This document shows positions 17,893-27,958 of a DNA stretch of 64,000 nt, in pieces. Numbering within the stretch: the stretch's first letter is position 1; each line of letters starts with the position of its first letter. The stretch lies in NCBI GenBank assembly GCA_963815315.1, contig CAWFFX010000007.1, forward strand, positions 71,732-135,731, in the 5' to 3' direction. Source of the DNA: an uncultured Alphaproteobacteria bacterium (GTDB lineage: Bacteria; Pseudomonadota; Alphaproteobacteria; Sphingomonadales; Sphingomonadaceae). The notes under the pieces were generated by a model, which was given only the letters and a program-made list of their open reading frames with translations, was not told the DNA's origin and ran no database searches. The position numbers were made by a program, and so were the translations under genes.

Positions 17893-19821
17893 TTAGAAGG
17901 TTGCGGTCACCCCGGCGGTCATGCTGCGCCCCGCAGAGACGAAGCTGAACACCTGTTCGTAGGTTTCATTCAGCAGGTTATCGACCCGCGCGAATGCCTC
18001 GATCCCGTCCGACAGTTTCACCACCGCGTTGAAATTCACCAGAGTGAAATCGTCCAGAATCACGCGAACCGGCACGAAGCTGGGATCGGTGAACGCCAGG
18101 TCGCGCGTCTGCCCATTGTGCCGAATGACTAGCGTGGCAGACGCCGCATCGGCCGGAGCCGTCCACGTCAGCGCCGCACTGGCGATGTTTTTCGGGCGGC
18201 GCACTTCGGTCACGCCGTTTTCCTCCGCATCAATGTAAGTGTACGCTGCGTTCAGGCTGAATTGCGGCCCAATCTGCGCAGCCAGCGCAACTTCGACGCC
18301 CTGCTGATCGCTTTTCGTGGTGCGATTGGCGGGGGTCGCGATAAAGGTTGGCGCAGGAAAGGTCGTAAAGATTTCCCGGTCCAGCGTCGCGTTGAAATAC
18401 GTCACCGAAAGCGTCGCCGCATTGTCCGCAAAGCTCTGATCCGCGCCAATTTCCCAGCTGGTCGACTTTTCGGGCGTGAGATCGGCATTGCCGAGGAAGC
18501 GCCCGTCGACAAATCCGAACAGCTCGAAAAAGCCGGGGTTCTTGATGCCCGATCCGGCGGCAGCGCGCAGGCGTGTGCTGTCGGTTACACGATATCCTGC
18601 GCCCGCCCGGAACGTGGTTTCATCGGCAAACCGGTCGTTGAAATCCTGGCGGATTGCGGCGGATAAATCCATGCGCTCACCGTTGTAGCGATATTCGCCC
18701 ACGATCCCTGCGTTCTCGATCTGGCGCCTCCCGGTAAAGGCAAATCCGCCGGGTGTGGCATTGCGAAACCGCTCACGCTCCCAATCGGCCCCAAGGATCA
18801 GGAAGTGATCGGCAACGAGCTCGAATGTGCTGATATACGACGCCTTCAAGCGATCGCCTTTGCTGGAATTGGATGGGCCAAAAGCGCCGAAAGTGTCGCG
18901 GTCTATATCGGCAATCTGGGCAGACAGATCGTGGGTCCAGCGGCCATCCAGCGCATTAAGCCGCGCGCCGATCAGCGCGTACAGCGCCTCGTTTACAAAG
19001 CGCGTGCCGGGGCTGTCGATCACGAAGCCGAATGTCGGGCTGGCCGGGTCGAAATCCTGATCGTTGAACTGCCCTTGGGTGCGGATAAATCGACTGGCGG
19101 CACGCAAAGCGAAACCATCTGCAATCTCGACCGATCCCTTGCCTGAAACAGTGTAGCTGTCGCGTCCGATGTCGCGGGTGCCATTTCGCGCGTTGGGCTG
19201 TCCGTCAGTGCTGACAACGGTGGCGGACAACGCCGCGTCCCAAGTTTGCCCGGCAAACCCGGCACGCGCCGCGCCGTTGATGGTGTTGTCCAGTCCGCCT
19301 TCCAATCGCGCGGCAAAGCCTGGCCGATCGCGCCCACTGGCGCTTTCATAGGCCACTACACCGCCGATGGCATCGTTGCCGTACAGCGCCGATTGCGGGC
19401 CGCGCACCACCTCGACACGGGCGCCGATTTCGGCCTGCAGGGTTCCGATGTCGAACTCTCCGGCAAACGGATCGGACACCTCTATCCCGTCGACCAGAAC
19501 AAGCACGTGGTTCGCTTCTGAACCGCGCAGGCGAATTGGGGTCTGTCCTGCCACGCTGCTGACCGCGACGCCGGGAACATCGCGCAGGACATCGCCAATG
19601 TCGCGGACCTGACGGTCTTCAAGCTGCCGGGCGGTAAGGATCGTGACCGAGCCGGTGTAATCGCCAAGCATTACAGAGGGATCGCGACTTGCGCTTACCA
19701 GGATCGGTTCCACAGTGCCTTGATGGGCTTCCCCGTCTTCACCTTTTTGCTGCGCCGCGACAGGCACGCTCCATACCAGCGCAGCCAAAGCTGCGCTGCA
19801 CAACAATCTCACACTTTTCAT
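17893..19821 (-). CDS. btuB: TonB-dependent outer-membrane receptor, BtuB-like
   Basis: Has the signal MKSVRLLCSAALAALVWSVPVAAQ, a TonB-box-like EPILVSASR, the plug motif IRLRGSEANHVLVLVDG, and a terminal aromatic residue (...TATF). A cobalamin riboswitch lies directly upstream. Confidence 0.8.
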   Translation of the reverse strand: MKSVRLLCSAALAALVWSVPVAAQQKGEDGEAHQGTVEPILVSASRDPSVMLGDYTGSVTILTARQLEDRQVRDIGDVLRDVPGVAVSSVAGQTPIRLRGSEANHVLVLVDGIEVSDPFAGEFDIGTLQAEIGARVEVVRGPQSALYGNDAIGGVVAYESASGRDRPGFAARLEGGLDNTINGAARAGFAGQTWDAALSATVVSTDGQPNARNGTRDIGRDSYTVSGKGSVEIADGFALRAASRFIRTQGQFNDQDFDPASPTFGFVIDSPGTRFVNEALYALIGARLNALDGRWTHDLSAQIADIDRDTFGAFGPSNSSKGDRLKASYISTFELVADHFLILGADWERERFRNATPGGFAFTGRRQIENAGIVGEYRYNGERMDLSAAIRQDFNDRFADETTFRAGAGYRVTDSTRLRAAAGSGIKNPGFFELFGFVDGRFLGNADLTPEKSTSWEIGADQSFADNAATLSVTYFNATLDREIFTTFPAPTFIATPANRTTKSDQQGVEVALAAQIGPQFSLNAAYTYIDAEENGVTEVRRPKNIASAALTWTAPADAASATLVIRHNGQTRDLAFTDPSFVPVRVILDDFTLVNFNAVVKLSDGIEAFARVDNLLNETYEQVFSFVSAGRSMTAGVTATF

Positions 19822-19939
19822 CTCGCGGGGTTTCCTTCGACACGAGCAACACCAATGGCTCGCCGGGGGAACCCGACGAACCGTCAAATCGTCGCTCGAG
19901 ACGAAAGTTCTTTCGCGCCGGATCAATCCCTGAACCAGG

Positions 19940-20135
19940 CAACAAGCGACACTCGCCGGTCGGTCTCCTGGCTTGCGGGTCGATGCGGCTGGATCGCCTT
20001 CCCAGAGTAATGAAACCCCAGTGGCTGCGGCCTATCCCGTATAATGGAAGCCCGCGTGAACCAGTCGCTCACCGCTTACAGTTGCAGGGACAGCCGCGGA
20101 ATTGAACCGCGTTCCCGTTACCGATGAGTGCTGAT
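19940..20135 (-). promoter_or_regulatory. Cobalamin (AdoCbl) riboswitch in the btuB leader
   Basis: The minus strand reads GGTAACGGGAACGCGGTTCAATTCCGCGGCTGTCCCTGCAACTGTAAGCGG ... GCCACTGGG ... CTGGGAAGGCG ... AAGCCAGGAGACCGACC. These are the conserved core, the GCCACTG element and the B12 box, in the canonical order. Confidence 0.8.
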
Positions 20136-20224
20136 GCGGTTAGACAGCCGCGTCGCACATGGCAAGATGCCAAGTGCGCCGAGCTCGCAGCAATAAGATA
20201 AGTGCGAAGTGAAGAACGCCACAC

Positions 20225-20300
<76 letters not shown>

Positions 20301-20428
20301 GTTCCAGTGTCGGCGATCGAACGCAATGTTCGATCAGGACGCGCGCATTAGCGCGGGCGCGGCAGGCTTGCAAGCGGCGAAACCATGCCGATTGTAAGCC
20401 TGCCCGCGGCGCGCACGGCGCCGGATGG

Positions 20429-21421
20429 CTATTTGCCGGGGTTGCCCGCCGTCGGCTCGATAACCGGCTGCGAAATCACGTTCTCATCCACCGGGATCAC
20501 CGGCACGCTCGCGCCGGTTTCAACATCGGTCACCGTTCCCGCAGAGCGCGCTGGCACAGCCAGGGTCAAGACGGGATCTGAAAGCTCGAAGCTGGGGACC
20601 GGCACACCGTTGGCGCGCGCTTCCTGAACCGCCACCCACCCCGGCTGGGATGCGCCATAGCGATTGCCATATTTGACGTCCCATGCAGCGGAATCGCGCT
20701 GATACCCTTCGTAATCGGTGAAGAAATTATCGAACGGCACTTCAATGACCGGCAGGTTGACCAAAGCAAATTCGGCCGCATCCTTCGGCGGTTCGGCCAG
20801 CGCCAGATTGGCAATATTCAACATGGTGCGGCAAAAACCACTGCGTGCAGGTGGCAGAGTGAAGAAATTATAGACCCGCGTCATTTTCTCCTCACGTGTC
20901 AGCAAAGCTGCTCGCTGGCTGCCTTCACGCTTGCGATAGGCCTGATCGATACGATCGTTGATACGTTTGAGCGTCCGCTCATTATCGCCGATGAAGGCCT
21001 TGTATCCTGTGAGGATCGGTTCGTATTGCGGATCAAGGCAATTGAGCGCGGCCACGTTCCAGGCGGACCGGAAATGCCAGACGCGTTCATCGTCGCTCAG
21101 ACCCTGATTGATGGTCTGGCGCACGCCTGCCTCGTTGCGGATCGGCACCTGCATAACATAGGCCGCGCCTGCGGGTGGCAGCGGACGATATGGCACCACT
21201 TCGACAGGTGGAGGAGGTGGCGGCGGTGGAGGTGGCGGTGGGGGCGGCAGCGGCGGTGATGCACACGCAGCAAGGGCGGCCAGACCTGCGGCAACCACGG
21301 TGATGCGCAAGCCAGCAGGACGCGATTGCGTGGCGGGCCACACCGCCGACATTGCATCGTCACCCGTCGCCGAAGGGCGTGTATTCGTCAGCAGGGATTT
21401 AACGTTCTTCATACCAGTCAT
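20429..21421 (-). CDS. Hypothetical lipoprotein with a run of 14 prolines
   Basis: Contains ITVVAAGLAALAAC, a lipobox-like sequence, followed by SPPL and 14 consecutive Pro codons at about 21197-21238. The C-terminal domain is unrecognised. The real start may be the internal ATG (MSAVWPAT...). Confidence 0.6.
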   Translation of the reverse strand: MTGMKNVKSLLTNTRPSATGDDAMSAVWPATQSRPAGLRITVVAAGLAALAACASPPLPPPPPPPPPPPPPPVEVVPYRPLPPAGAAYVMQVPIRNEAGVRQTINQGLSDDERVWHFRSAWNVAALNCLDPQYEPILTGYKAFIGDNERTLKRINDRIDQAYRKREGSQRAALLTREEKMTRVYNFFTLPPARSGFCRTMLNIANLALAEPPKDAAEFALVNLPVIEVPFDNFFTDYEGYQRDSAAWDVKYGNRYGASQPGWVAVQEARANGVPVPSFELSDPVLTLAVPARSAGTVTDVETGASVPVIPVDENVISQPVIEPTAGNPGK

Positions 21422-21527
21422 ATGCGGCTGATGCCTCTTTCGAAAATCTGTGTCAGAAAACTACCGCACCGCGCCTTGCGCTGCGCTGAAGCCCGCTTCA
21501 TTTCTCAATGCGTTAGATGAGCAGCCT

Positions 21528-21569
21528 GACAAAGAAAATGCCCGGAACCCCATAAAAGGCTCCGGGCAT
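21528..21569 (-). terminator. Rho-independent terminator of the BI-1 family gene
   Basis: 9-bp stem ATGCCCGGA/TCCGGGCAT (21538-21546 and 21561-21569). On the minus strand it is followed by TTTTCTTTG. Confidence 0.65.
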
Positions 21570-21623
21570 CGATATTGCACAGTTCTGACGCAGATCAGGT
21601 CCCGCCAGCGCCGTTTGTTCTGA

Positions 21624-22352
21624 TTATTCGCGGCTGCCGAGGAAGTTCAGCAGGAACATGAACATGTTCACGAAGTCGAGATAAAGGTTCAACGCGCCCA
21701 TGATGACCGCCTTGCCGATGAACTCGGTTCCGCGCAGGTGCGCGTACTGATCCTTCAGGCGCTGCGTATCGTAAGCAGTCAGGCCTGCGAAGATCAGGAC
21801 GCCAGCGGCACTGATCACAAAGGCCAGCGTGCCGGACTGCAGGAAGAAGTTGAGCACCATTGCGATGATCAGGCCGATAACGCCCATGACGAGGAACGTG
21901 CCAAAACCCGACAGATCCTTTTTCGTGGTGTAGCCAAACAGGCTTAGACCCGCGAATGCACCAGCGGTCGCAAAGAAGGTGAGCGCGATGGATTGCTGCG
22001 TGTAGACCAGGAAAATGGTCGACATCGAAAGGCCCATGACGGTCGCATAAGCCCAGAACAGCACGTTAAGCGTACCCTTGCTCATGCGGTTGAGGCCAAA
22101 GCTCATAGCCAGCACAAAGCCGAGCGGAGCCAGCATGACAACCCATTGCAACGGCGTACCGGCGATCGCGAGCGTGATGCCGCTCTGCGCCGCGACCAGC
22201 GCAACGATGCCGGTCAGCAAAACTGCCGAGCACATATAGTTGTAGATCGAGAGCATGTAGGAACGCAGGCCCTCATCGTAAGAAACGCCAGCGACATCGC
22301 CGCCAGCGCGCGGCACTGAGCCAAAGCCTTGGCGAGTTCCGCTCAGTTTCAT
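21624..22352 (-). CDS. Bax inhibitor-1/YccA family membrane protein
   Basis: Has seven predicted hydrophobic helices. Contains LRSYMLSIYNYM and the C-terminal LYLDFVNMFMFLLNFLG, both typical of the BI-1 family. I prefer the ATG at 22352 over the TTG at 22385. Confidence 0.8.
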   Translation of the reverse strand: MKLSGTRQGFGSVPRAGGDVAGVSYDEGLRSYMLSIYNYMCSAVLLTGIVALVAAQSGITLAIAGTPLQWVVMLAPLGFVLAMSFGLNRMSKGTLNVLFWAYATVMGLSMSTIFLVYTQQSIALTFFATAGAFAGLSLFGYTTKKDLSGFGTFLVMGVIGLIIAMVLNFFLQSGTLAFVISAAGVLIFAGLTAYDTQRLKDQYAHLRGTEFIGKAVIMGALNLYLDFVNMFMFLLNFLGSRE

Positions 22353-22521
22353 TCCAGTTAGCCATTGTGGATCCCTTGTCTCCAAATGCGGCGGACACTC
22401 TTGCCGCCGTTGTCAGTGCAATATCGGCGTATCGCGTAAGTTTTTCAAGTGAAACTCGCGTGATTGCAATGCAACCTGTTCATTAATTCTTTCCAAAATA
22501 TTAACAAACACCTCCGCCAAT

Positions 22522-23328
22522 TTACCCACTCGCTGCGCTGAGTTCCGCCCCGCGCCTCGCAGTTGCCTCTAGCGTCGCTGTCATCAACGCAATCAGCGCG
22601 TTGTCGGCATCAAGCACATTCATGCCCTCCCGCGTCATTCCGCCGGGGCTGGCGACGCGGTCGGCCAGATCGCCCGGCGACATTTTCGCCTGCGCCGCCA
22701 GCGATGCCGCGCCATCGACCATTGCGGTGGAAAGAAGGGTCGCTTGGCTCTCCGCCAGCCCCAGATCGCGCGCGGCGACCGTCAACGCGTCGATGAACCG
22801 ATACACGAAGCCCGGACCGGACCCGGCCAGTGCCGTCACCAGATCGAACTTGCTCTCATCCTCCAGCCACATGGCCGAACCAAGCTGGTCAAACAACGCA
22901 AACGCAGCCTCTCGCGATGCATCATCGAGGCCGCTTTCCAACAGGATGATGGGCGATTTGTTGATGCGCGCGGCAAGGTTGGGCATCACCCGAACATGCG
23001 CCGCAGCGTGCGGGAATGCGCTTTGCAACTGAGCCAGCGTCAATCCCGCGAGCAGCGAATACACCGCCACGTCCGCATCGGTCAGCGATTGCAGACCGGG
23101 AGATAATTGCATCAATTGCTGCGGTTTGAAACCCAGCAGCACCGCATCGTGAACCGAGGGCACGTCCTCAGCGTTGCGATACAGCACGACGCCGTCGGGC
23201 GCAGCGTCCAGCGCGGGATCGAGGATCGCAAAGCGAGCGGGATCGGTGCCTGCGGCCAGCCAGCCGGCCAGCATTGCGCCGCCCATGTTGCCGCAACCAA
23301 TAATAAGCAGGTGATTTATCCGGGACAT
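22522..23328 (-). CDS. proC: Pyrroline-5-carboxylate reductase
   Basis: Contains the N-terminal Rossmann motif LLIIGCGNMGGAM and the C-terminal SPGGMT motif. Confidence 0.85.
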   Translation of the reverse strand: MSRINHLLIIGCGNMGGAMLAGWLAAGTDPARFAILDPALDAAPDGVVLYRNAEDVPSVHDAVLLGFKPQQLMQLSPGLQSLTDADVAVYSLLAGLTLAQLQSAFPHAAAHVRVMPNLAARINKSPIILLESGLDDASREAAFALFDQLGSAMWLEDESKFDLVTALAGSGPGFVYRFIDALTVAARDLGLAESQATLLSTAMVDGAASLAAQAKMSPGDLADRVASPGGMTREGMNVLDADNALIALMTATLEATARRGAELSAASG

Positions 23329-23358
23329 TCGCAGACCGCCTTTCAGCGGCTCACATGG

Positions 23359-23865
23359 CTATGCCTCACCCGCCGCGTCAACCATTGACGCCTCCAACGC
23401 CTCTCGCGGGGTCTTGTCGCCCCACAGCACAAACTGAAACGCAGGATAGAACCGGTCGCATTCATCAATGGCGGTTTCCACCAGCGCCTGGGCCTGATCG
23501 AGGCTCAACATCCCGTCATCGCCTAGCAATGCGCCATGGCGATACAGCAGCACATCGCCGTTCGACCAGATATCGAAATGGCCCAGCCACATCTGTTCAT
23601 TGACCAGACTTAGCAATTCGTAGGCCCGCTGGCGCTTTTCCTCGGTCACACGAATATCCGGCAGGCACAGGAATTGCAGGACGTTATCGGTACTGCGCCA
23701 GATTTCGCGTAGCTGATATTTAGCCCAGCTGCCCTGGACTTCGCCGGTCATTTCGTCGTCAGAGACTATTTCGCATGCCCAGCCGCGCGCCTCGAACAGC
23801 GCGGCCAGCATTTCAACCGGAGCGGCATCGTTGTCGGATCGGTAATCCTGTTCGCGCGCAATCAT
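23359..23865 (-). CDS. YbjN-like domain protein
   Basis: A 168-aa acidic protein (...LFEARGWACEIVSDDEMTGEVQGSW...) that resembles the YbjN / T3SS-chaperone-like fold family. I recall this family being found next to proC in alphaproteobacteria. The assignment is from memory only. Confidence 0.6.
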   Translation of the reverse strand: MIAREQDYRSDNDAAPVEMLAALFEARGWACEIVSDDEMTGEVQGSWAKYQLREIWRSTDNVLQFLCLPDIRVTEEKRQRAYELLSLVNEQMWLGHFDIWSNGDVLLYRHGALLGDDGMLSLDQAQALVETAIDECDRFYPAFQFVLWGDKTPREALEASMVDAAGEA

Positions 23866-24091
23866 CGGGAAAGCCTCGGTTGATGGGTCATTGCAGGGAC
23901 AATCGAAAAGGGAAAGATGAGGTTAATCATATCCCGCATCAATGCGCCCGGTGCGATACAATTGGCAATGCGCGCGACGAGCGCTTTTGGGGAAAGCCGA
24001 TTTGCCCTGTTCAAAGCCTGTGAACAGAAAGCCGGGGAAAGCGCTCGATAAGAGCGCTTGTCACTTGCCAAGTTGTTGGATTTCCGTGCCT

Positions 24092-25768
24092 TCAGGGCTG
24101 GTGTAGGAAAACGAGTTCGAGCCCTTTTTCCTTCAACGCGCCAACCAGCTTTCGCGCCTGCGCATCCGATGCAATCGGCCCCACCAGCAAACGGTTGGCC
24201 TGGCCCCAGGGGGTCGTGTGCGCCTTCATATCCCCGAGCAGGTCAGGAGCCTTTCGTTCCAGACGACGCCAGTCAAACGCCAGCGCCTTCAGGTCACGGC
24301 CAGTTGCCAACTGCACCCAGATGCGGCGCGGCTGAGCGGGCTTGGCCGGCTCGGCCTTTACCGCAGCCGCTGATGTAGACGCGGGTTTCGCAGCCGGTGG
24401 CGCTTCGCGCGGGATTTCGATTCTGGCGAGATCGACCGCACCCGATGCCCTTGTCCCAGTTGCGGTGGCGCGTGGGGCCGGATCGCTCAACAAATCGTCA
24501 AAAGCGTCGGCAACCCTTGCAGGTTTCGGTTCGGGTTGCGGTGGGGGTTGATTCGCGGGCTGCGACACAGTCGCGGGGGCAGGATCAGACTGCGCAAGCA
24601 CCACAGGCGCCGAAACCTCAGCCGGAGCCGACGTCGCCATCGCCGCAGCATTCGTCTCGGCGCTCAAATCGTACGATATCGCAGATGATGCGGGAATTGA
24701 CACAGTCTGCGGGGCAATAACGGGCGTTGGTGTTGGTGTTGGCGTCGGCGCTGGCTTTGGCGCGGCGAGCAACGGCTCAGCCGCAGCCACTCGAACAGGA
24801 GAATCGGCAGGCTTTTCGATGGTTCGCGCGCCGCCCAGCGGTTCGCCAACTGGCTCAAGCATCTGGCCTGCATCCATCACGGGTGCGGCGGCAATGCGCG
24901 GTGTAGTCGATGCTGCTGTTATGCCGGACTGACCACTGCGATAGGCCGCGATTTCGGGTGAATTGCGACCGATGTCAGCTGCACGCGGAAAAATACCCAG
25001 ATTGGCCGCAGCAGCCTGTTGCGAGGGGGTCAGGCGCGGCATGAACTCCAGATAGGGCGACACCCTGCCCGCCAGATCGCGCGGCATCACCGCATCGACA
25101 ATTGCAGCCGCGCGCGCCTGTTCGCCCATGATCGCCAAGCCGAAGGCGCGGGTGCGAAACGCCGCAAAATCGCGCCGCTCCACAAGTGGCCGCAGCGTGG
25201 ATTCGAAGCCTTCCGAATTCCCGCTGATTGCATAGCTGAGCGCCAGGCGGCGCTGTGCCTCGGTATTGTCGGGCTGCGATTTGATAACGCGGGCATAGGC
25301 ATCCTGCGCTGCCGCCTGTTCGCCTACCATATCGAGCGCGAGCGCTTCTTCGAGTAGGATTGTAAAATCCTGCGTCCTGGTCGCACGCGCCGATCGAAGC
25401 AAAGACAGCGCCGACACGGGGCGTCCTGACCGCAGGTAAACCGATGCCAGCCCGAACGCGACTTTCGCGTTGTCTGGCTCAAGTTCTCGCGCCCGCCCGA
25501 AAAAGCCGAGGGCCGCATCCAGATCGCCCACCGCGACGGCGGAATCGCCTGCCTCCAGCAAGGCGCTCATGTCACGCGGACGCTTTGCCAGCTGCAACAA
25601 CGCCCGGTTGAGCCGCTGCGCTTCCTGAGAGGGGAGCGGCTGCACAACGGGACGCGAAGTCACCTCCTGCGCCTGCGAAGGCGAGGCGGAAAACATAGTG
25701 AGCGCGGCCAGCCCTGCGCTGAGAGCAGCTGTTCGAGCAAGATAGAGACGATTGTACATTCGGGGCAT
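24092..25768 (-). CDS. TPR-repeat protein with a Pro/Ala-rich linker and a C-terminal SPOR domain
   Basis: The N-terminal signal is followed by TPR-like repeats (ALGFFGRARELEPDNAKVAFGLASVYL...). The C-terminus RIWVQLATGRDLKALAFDWRRL...LLVGPIASDAQARKLVGALKEKG is SPOR-like. The start is ATG 25768 or 25759. Confidence 0.7.
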   Translation of the reverse strand: MPRMYNRLYLARTAALSAGLAALTMFSASPSQAQEVTSRPVVQPLPSQEAQRLNRALLQLAKRPRDMSALLEAGDSAVAVGDLDAALGFFGRARELEPDNAKVAFGLASVYLRSGRPVSALSLLRSARATRTQDFTILLEEALALDMVGEQAAAQDAYARVIKSQPDNTEAQRRLALSYAISGNSEGFESTLRPLVERRDFAAFRTRAFGLAIMGEQARAAAIVDAVMPRDLAGRVSPYLEFMPRLTPSQQAAAANLGIFPRAADIGRNSPEIAAYRSGQSGITAASTTPRIAAAPVMDAGQMLEPVGEPLGGARTIEKPADSPVRVAAAEPLLAAPKPAPTPTPTPTPVIAPQTVSIPASSAISYDLSAETNAAAMATSAPAEVSAPVVLAQSDPAPATVSQPANQPPPQPEPKPARVADAFDDLLSDPAPRATATGTRASGAVDLARIEIPREAPPAAKPASTSAAAVKAEPAKPAQPRRIWVQLATGRDLKALAFDWRRLERKAPDLLGDMKAHTTPWGQANRLLVGPIASDAQARKLVGALKEKGLELVFLHQP

Positions 25769-26006
25769 GGAATAACAGAAGATCAAGTGGCAGGACATCG
25801 AAAGCATGCGTTAGCGCAAGCCGCGCATGCTTCCAGTGTCGCACCGCGTCAGGCAAGGCAGGGCGAGCGTTGCCCCGGCTGAATGGTGGGCTGCGACCTC
25901 GCGTCGCCGTGACAGAGTGTCCTCGCGGGCGTGCGTCAACCGGCAGCGTAATTGCCACACCAGCCAGTCGGAATGCCCGGAAGCGCTGCCGAGGCAGGAG
26001 CCAAGC

Positions 26007-27857
26007 CTACTGGTTGTTCTGACGTCCAAGGAACCGTGGAATGCTAAGCGCGGGGGCATCATCATCGCCGCCGTCGTCGTCATCCTGATCCTCATCGGAG
26101 CTGGAGCTGCGCGATAGATTGGCCATCCGCTCAAACAGGGTGCTGGCCCCGCCACTTGCAGCCGCACCACTTGTCGAACCGCCGCTTCCGCCAGACGATC
26201 CCCGGCCTCCGCCGAGACGCACTTCGACCGGGTCGGAGTCTTCGCCCGTCTCATCGGGGCCGTCATCGAGGTCGGAATATTCGGCATCCAGCGTCACCGG
26301 GCTGCGCGCATCACCGTCTCCGCTTGCAGCGCCGCCAAAACCTCCATTCTGTGCAGGATCGGGCATCCCATCGTCACCATCTGCGTCGGTCTCTGCGCCA
26401 GTCAGATCGAACGGATCATCTTCTGCACCCCGCAATCCGGCGAGGGGATCGACGATGCCATCGACATCATCGGCTTCCTCTCCCATGTAATCGCCAGCCT
26501 GCATTCCTGACAGATCGAATGGCTTGGCCTTGTCCGAGTATTCATCCTCGTCGGCTTCTTGCGCCTCTGCGACCGGATCGGCGAAGAGCGTTGGTTTTTT
26601 CACCAGAGGCGAGGGTTCAGACTCTGGCTCCGGATCAGAGACGGCTTCCGTTTCCGCATCATCTTCCAATTCGATTTCGGGTTCTGCCTGGGAGCCGTAA
26701 TCCGGGGGCGTGAGCGTGAAAGACGCGCGCGTTGTAGTGGGCGAAGCGGCAGCGGCGGCGGCGGGCACCGCTTCGGGTTGCTCGGGTTCGTCGAGCGTCT
26801 CTGCATCATCCATCAAATCGAGCACTGGGCGCTGAGGCGCGCGCGTGCTGGACATGGAACTCGTCGGTCTCGCAGCCGGGACATAATCGTCGTCCTGCTC
26901 GATCCCGGTGGCGACCACGGAAACCCTGATCTTGCCTTGCAAATCGGGATTGAACGCACTGCCCCAGATGATGTTGGCATCCTCATCGACCAGTTGGCGA
27001 ATGTGGTTTGCTGCGCCGTCCACCTCGAACAGCTTCATATCCTCGCCGCCGATGATGGAGATGATGACGCCCTTTGCGCCCTGCATGGACACGCCATCCA
27101 GCAGCGGGTTGGCGATTGCCTGTTCGGCGGCATCCTTGGCGCGGTTCTCACCCTCGCCCTCGCCTGTGCCCATCATCGCCTTGCCCATCTCGCTCATGAC
27201 GGAGCGAACATCGGCGAAATCGAGGTTGATCAGGCCTGGCATGACCATCAGATCGGTGATCGAACGCACGCCCTGCTGCAACACTTCATCGGCAAGTTCG
27301 AATGCCTGTTTGAACGTGGTGTCCGGGCTGGCAATCAGAAACAGGTTCTGGTTCGGAATCACGATCAGCGTATCGACATGATCCTGCAATTCGCGAATGC
27401 CGGATTCTGCCGCGCGCATCCGGCGTGTGCCTTCGAACAGGAACGGCTTTGTCACGACGCCCACGGTCAGCACACCCATGCGACGCGCAGCCTCGGCGAT
27501 GACCGGGGCAGCACCAGTGCCGGTGCCGCCGCCCATACCCGCAGCGATGAACACCATGTTCACGCCTTCGAGCGCCTCTTCGATCTCGGCAACGGTCTCT
27601 TCAGCGGCCGCCTTGCCCACTTCGGGGCGCGCCCCTGCACCAAGGCCATTGGTGATATCCGGGCCAAGCTGGATGCGCTTTTCTGCGGGAGACGTGCTCA
27701 GCGCCTGCGCATCGGTGTTGGCGACGATGAACTCCACGCCCTCGATTTCCGAGGCGATCATGTTGGCAATCGCATTGCCACCCGCTCCGCCGATACCGAT
27801 TACGGTGATCTTGGGGCGCAGGTCATCACTTGCTGCCGGTCCAATATTGATGCTCAT
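26007..27857 (-). CDS. ftsZ: Cell division protein FtsZ, with a long acidic C-terminal linker
   Basis: Contains [25 protein letters not shown], and the conserved C-terminal peptide [10 protein letters not shown]. Confidence 0.95.
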   Translation of the reverse strand: MSINIGPAASDDLRPKITVIGIGGAGGNAIANMIASEIEGVEFIVANTDAQALSTSPAEKRIQLGPDITNGLGAGARPEVGKAAAEETVAEIEEALEGVNMVFIAAGMGGGTGTGAAPVIAEAARRMGVLTVGVVTKPFLFEGTRRMRAAESGIRELQDHVDTLIVIPNQNLFLIASPDTTFKQAFELADEVLQQGVRSITDLMVMPGLINLDFADVRSVMSEMGKAMMGTGEGEGENRAKDAAEQAIANPLLDGVSMQGAKGVIISIIGGEDMKLFEVDGAANHIRQLVDEDANIIWGSAFNPDLQGKIRVSVVATGIEQDDDYVPAARPTSSMSSTRAPQRPVLDLMDDAETLDEPEQPEAVPAAAAAASPTTTRASFTLTPPDYGSQAEPEIELEDDAETEAVSDPEPESEPSPLVKKPTLFADPVAEAQEADEDEYSDKAKPFDLSGMQAGDYMGEEADDVDGIVDPLAGLRGAEDDPFDLTGAETDADGDDGMPDPAQNGGFGGAASGDGDARSPVTLDAEYSDLDDGPDETGEDSDPVEVRLGGGRGSSGGSGGSTSGAAASGGASTLFERMANLSRSSSSDEDQDDDDGGDDDAPALSIPRFLGRQNNQ

Positions 27858-27949
27858 CCGCTGATCCTCCAGACGTCGACAGTTCTTATTGCGACGGCTC
27901 TATTTATCTGTGACACATTCGTGAAGCGCCCGTTATACCGCTCAAACCC

Positions 27950-27958
27950 TTATCCACA
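27950..27958 (+). promoter_or_regulatory. Candidate DnaA box (TTATCCACA) in the ftsA-ftsZ intergenic region
   Basis: An exact 9-mer match to the classical DnaA-box consensus, about 93 nt upstream of the ftsZ ATG at 27857. A single 9-mer could occur by chance. Confidence 0.35.

Noticed and set aside
22386-22521. CtrA-type TTAA-N7-TTAA boxes in AT-rich intergenic regions. I also checked 45960-46015 and 3830-4038.
   Set aside because: - TTAA motifs are present, but none has the required 7-nt spacing.
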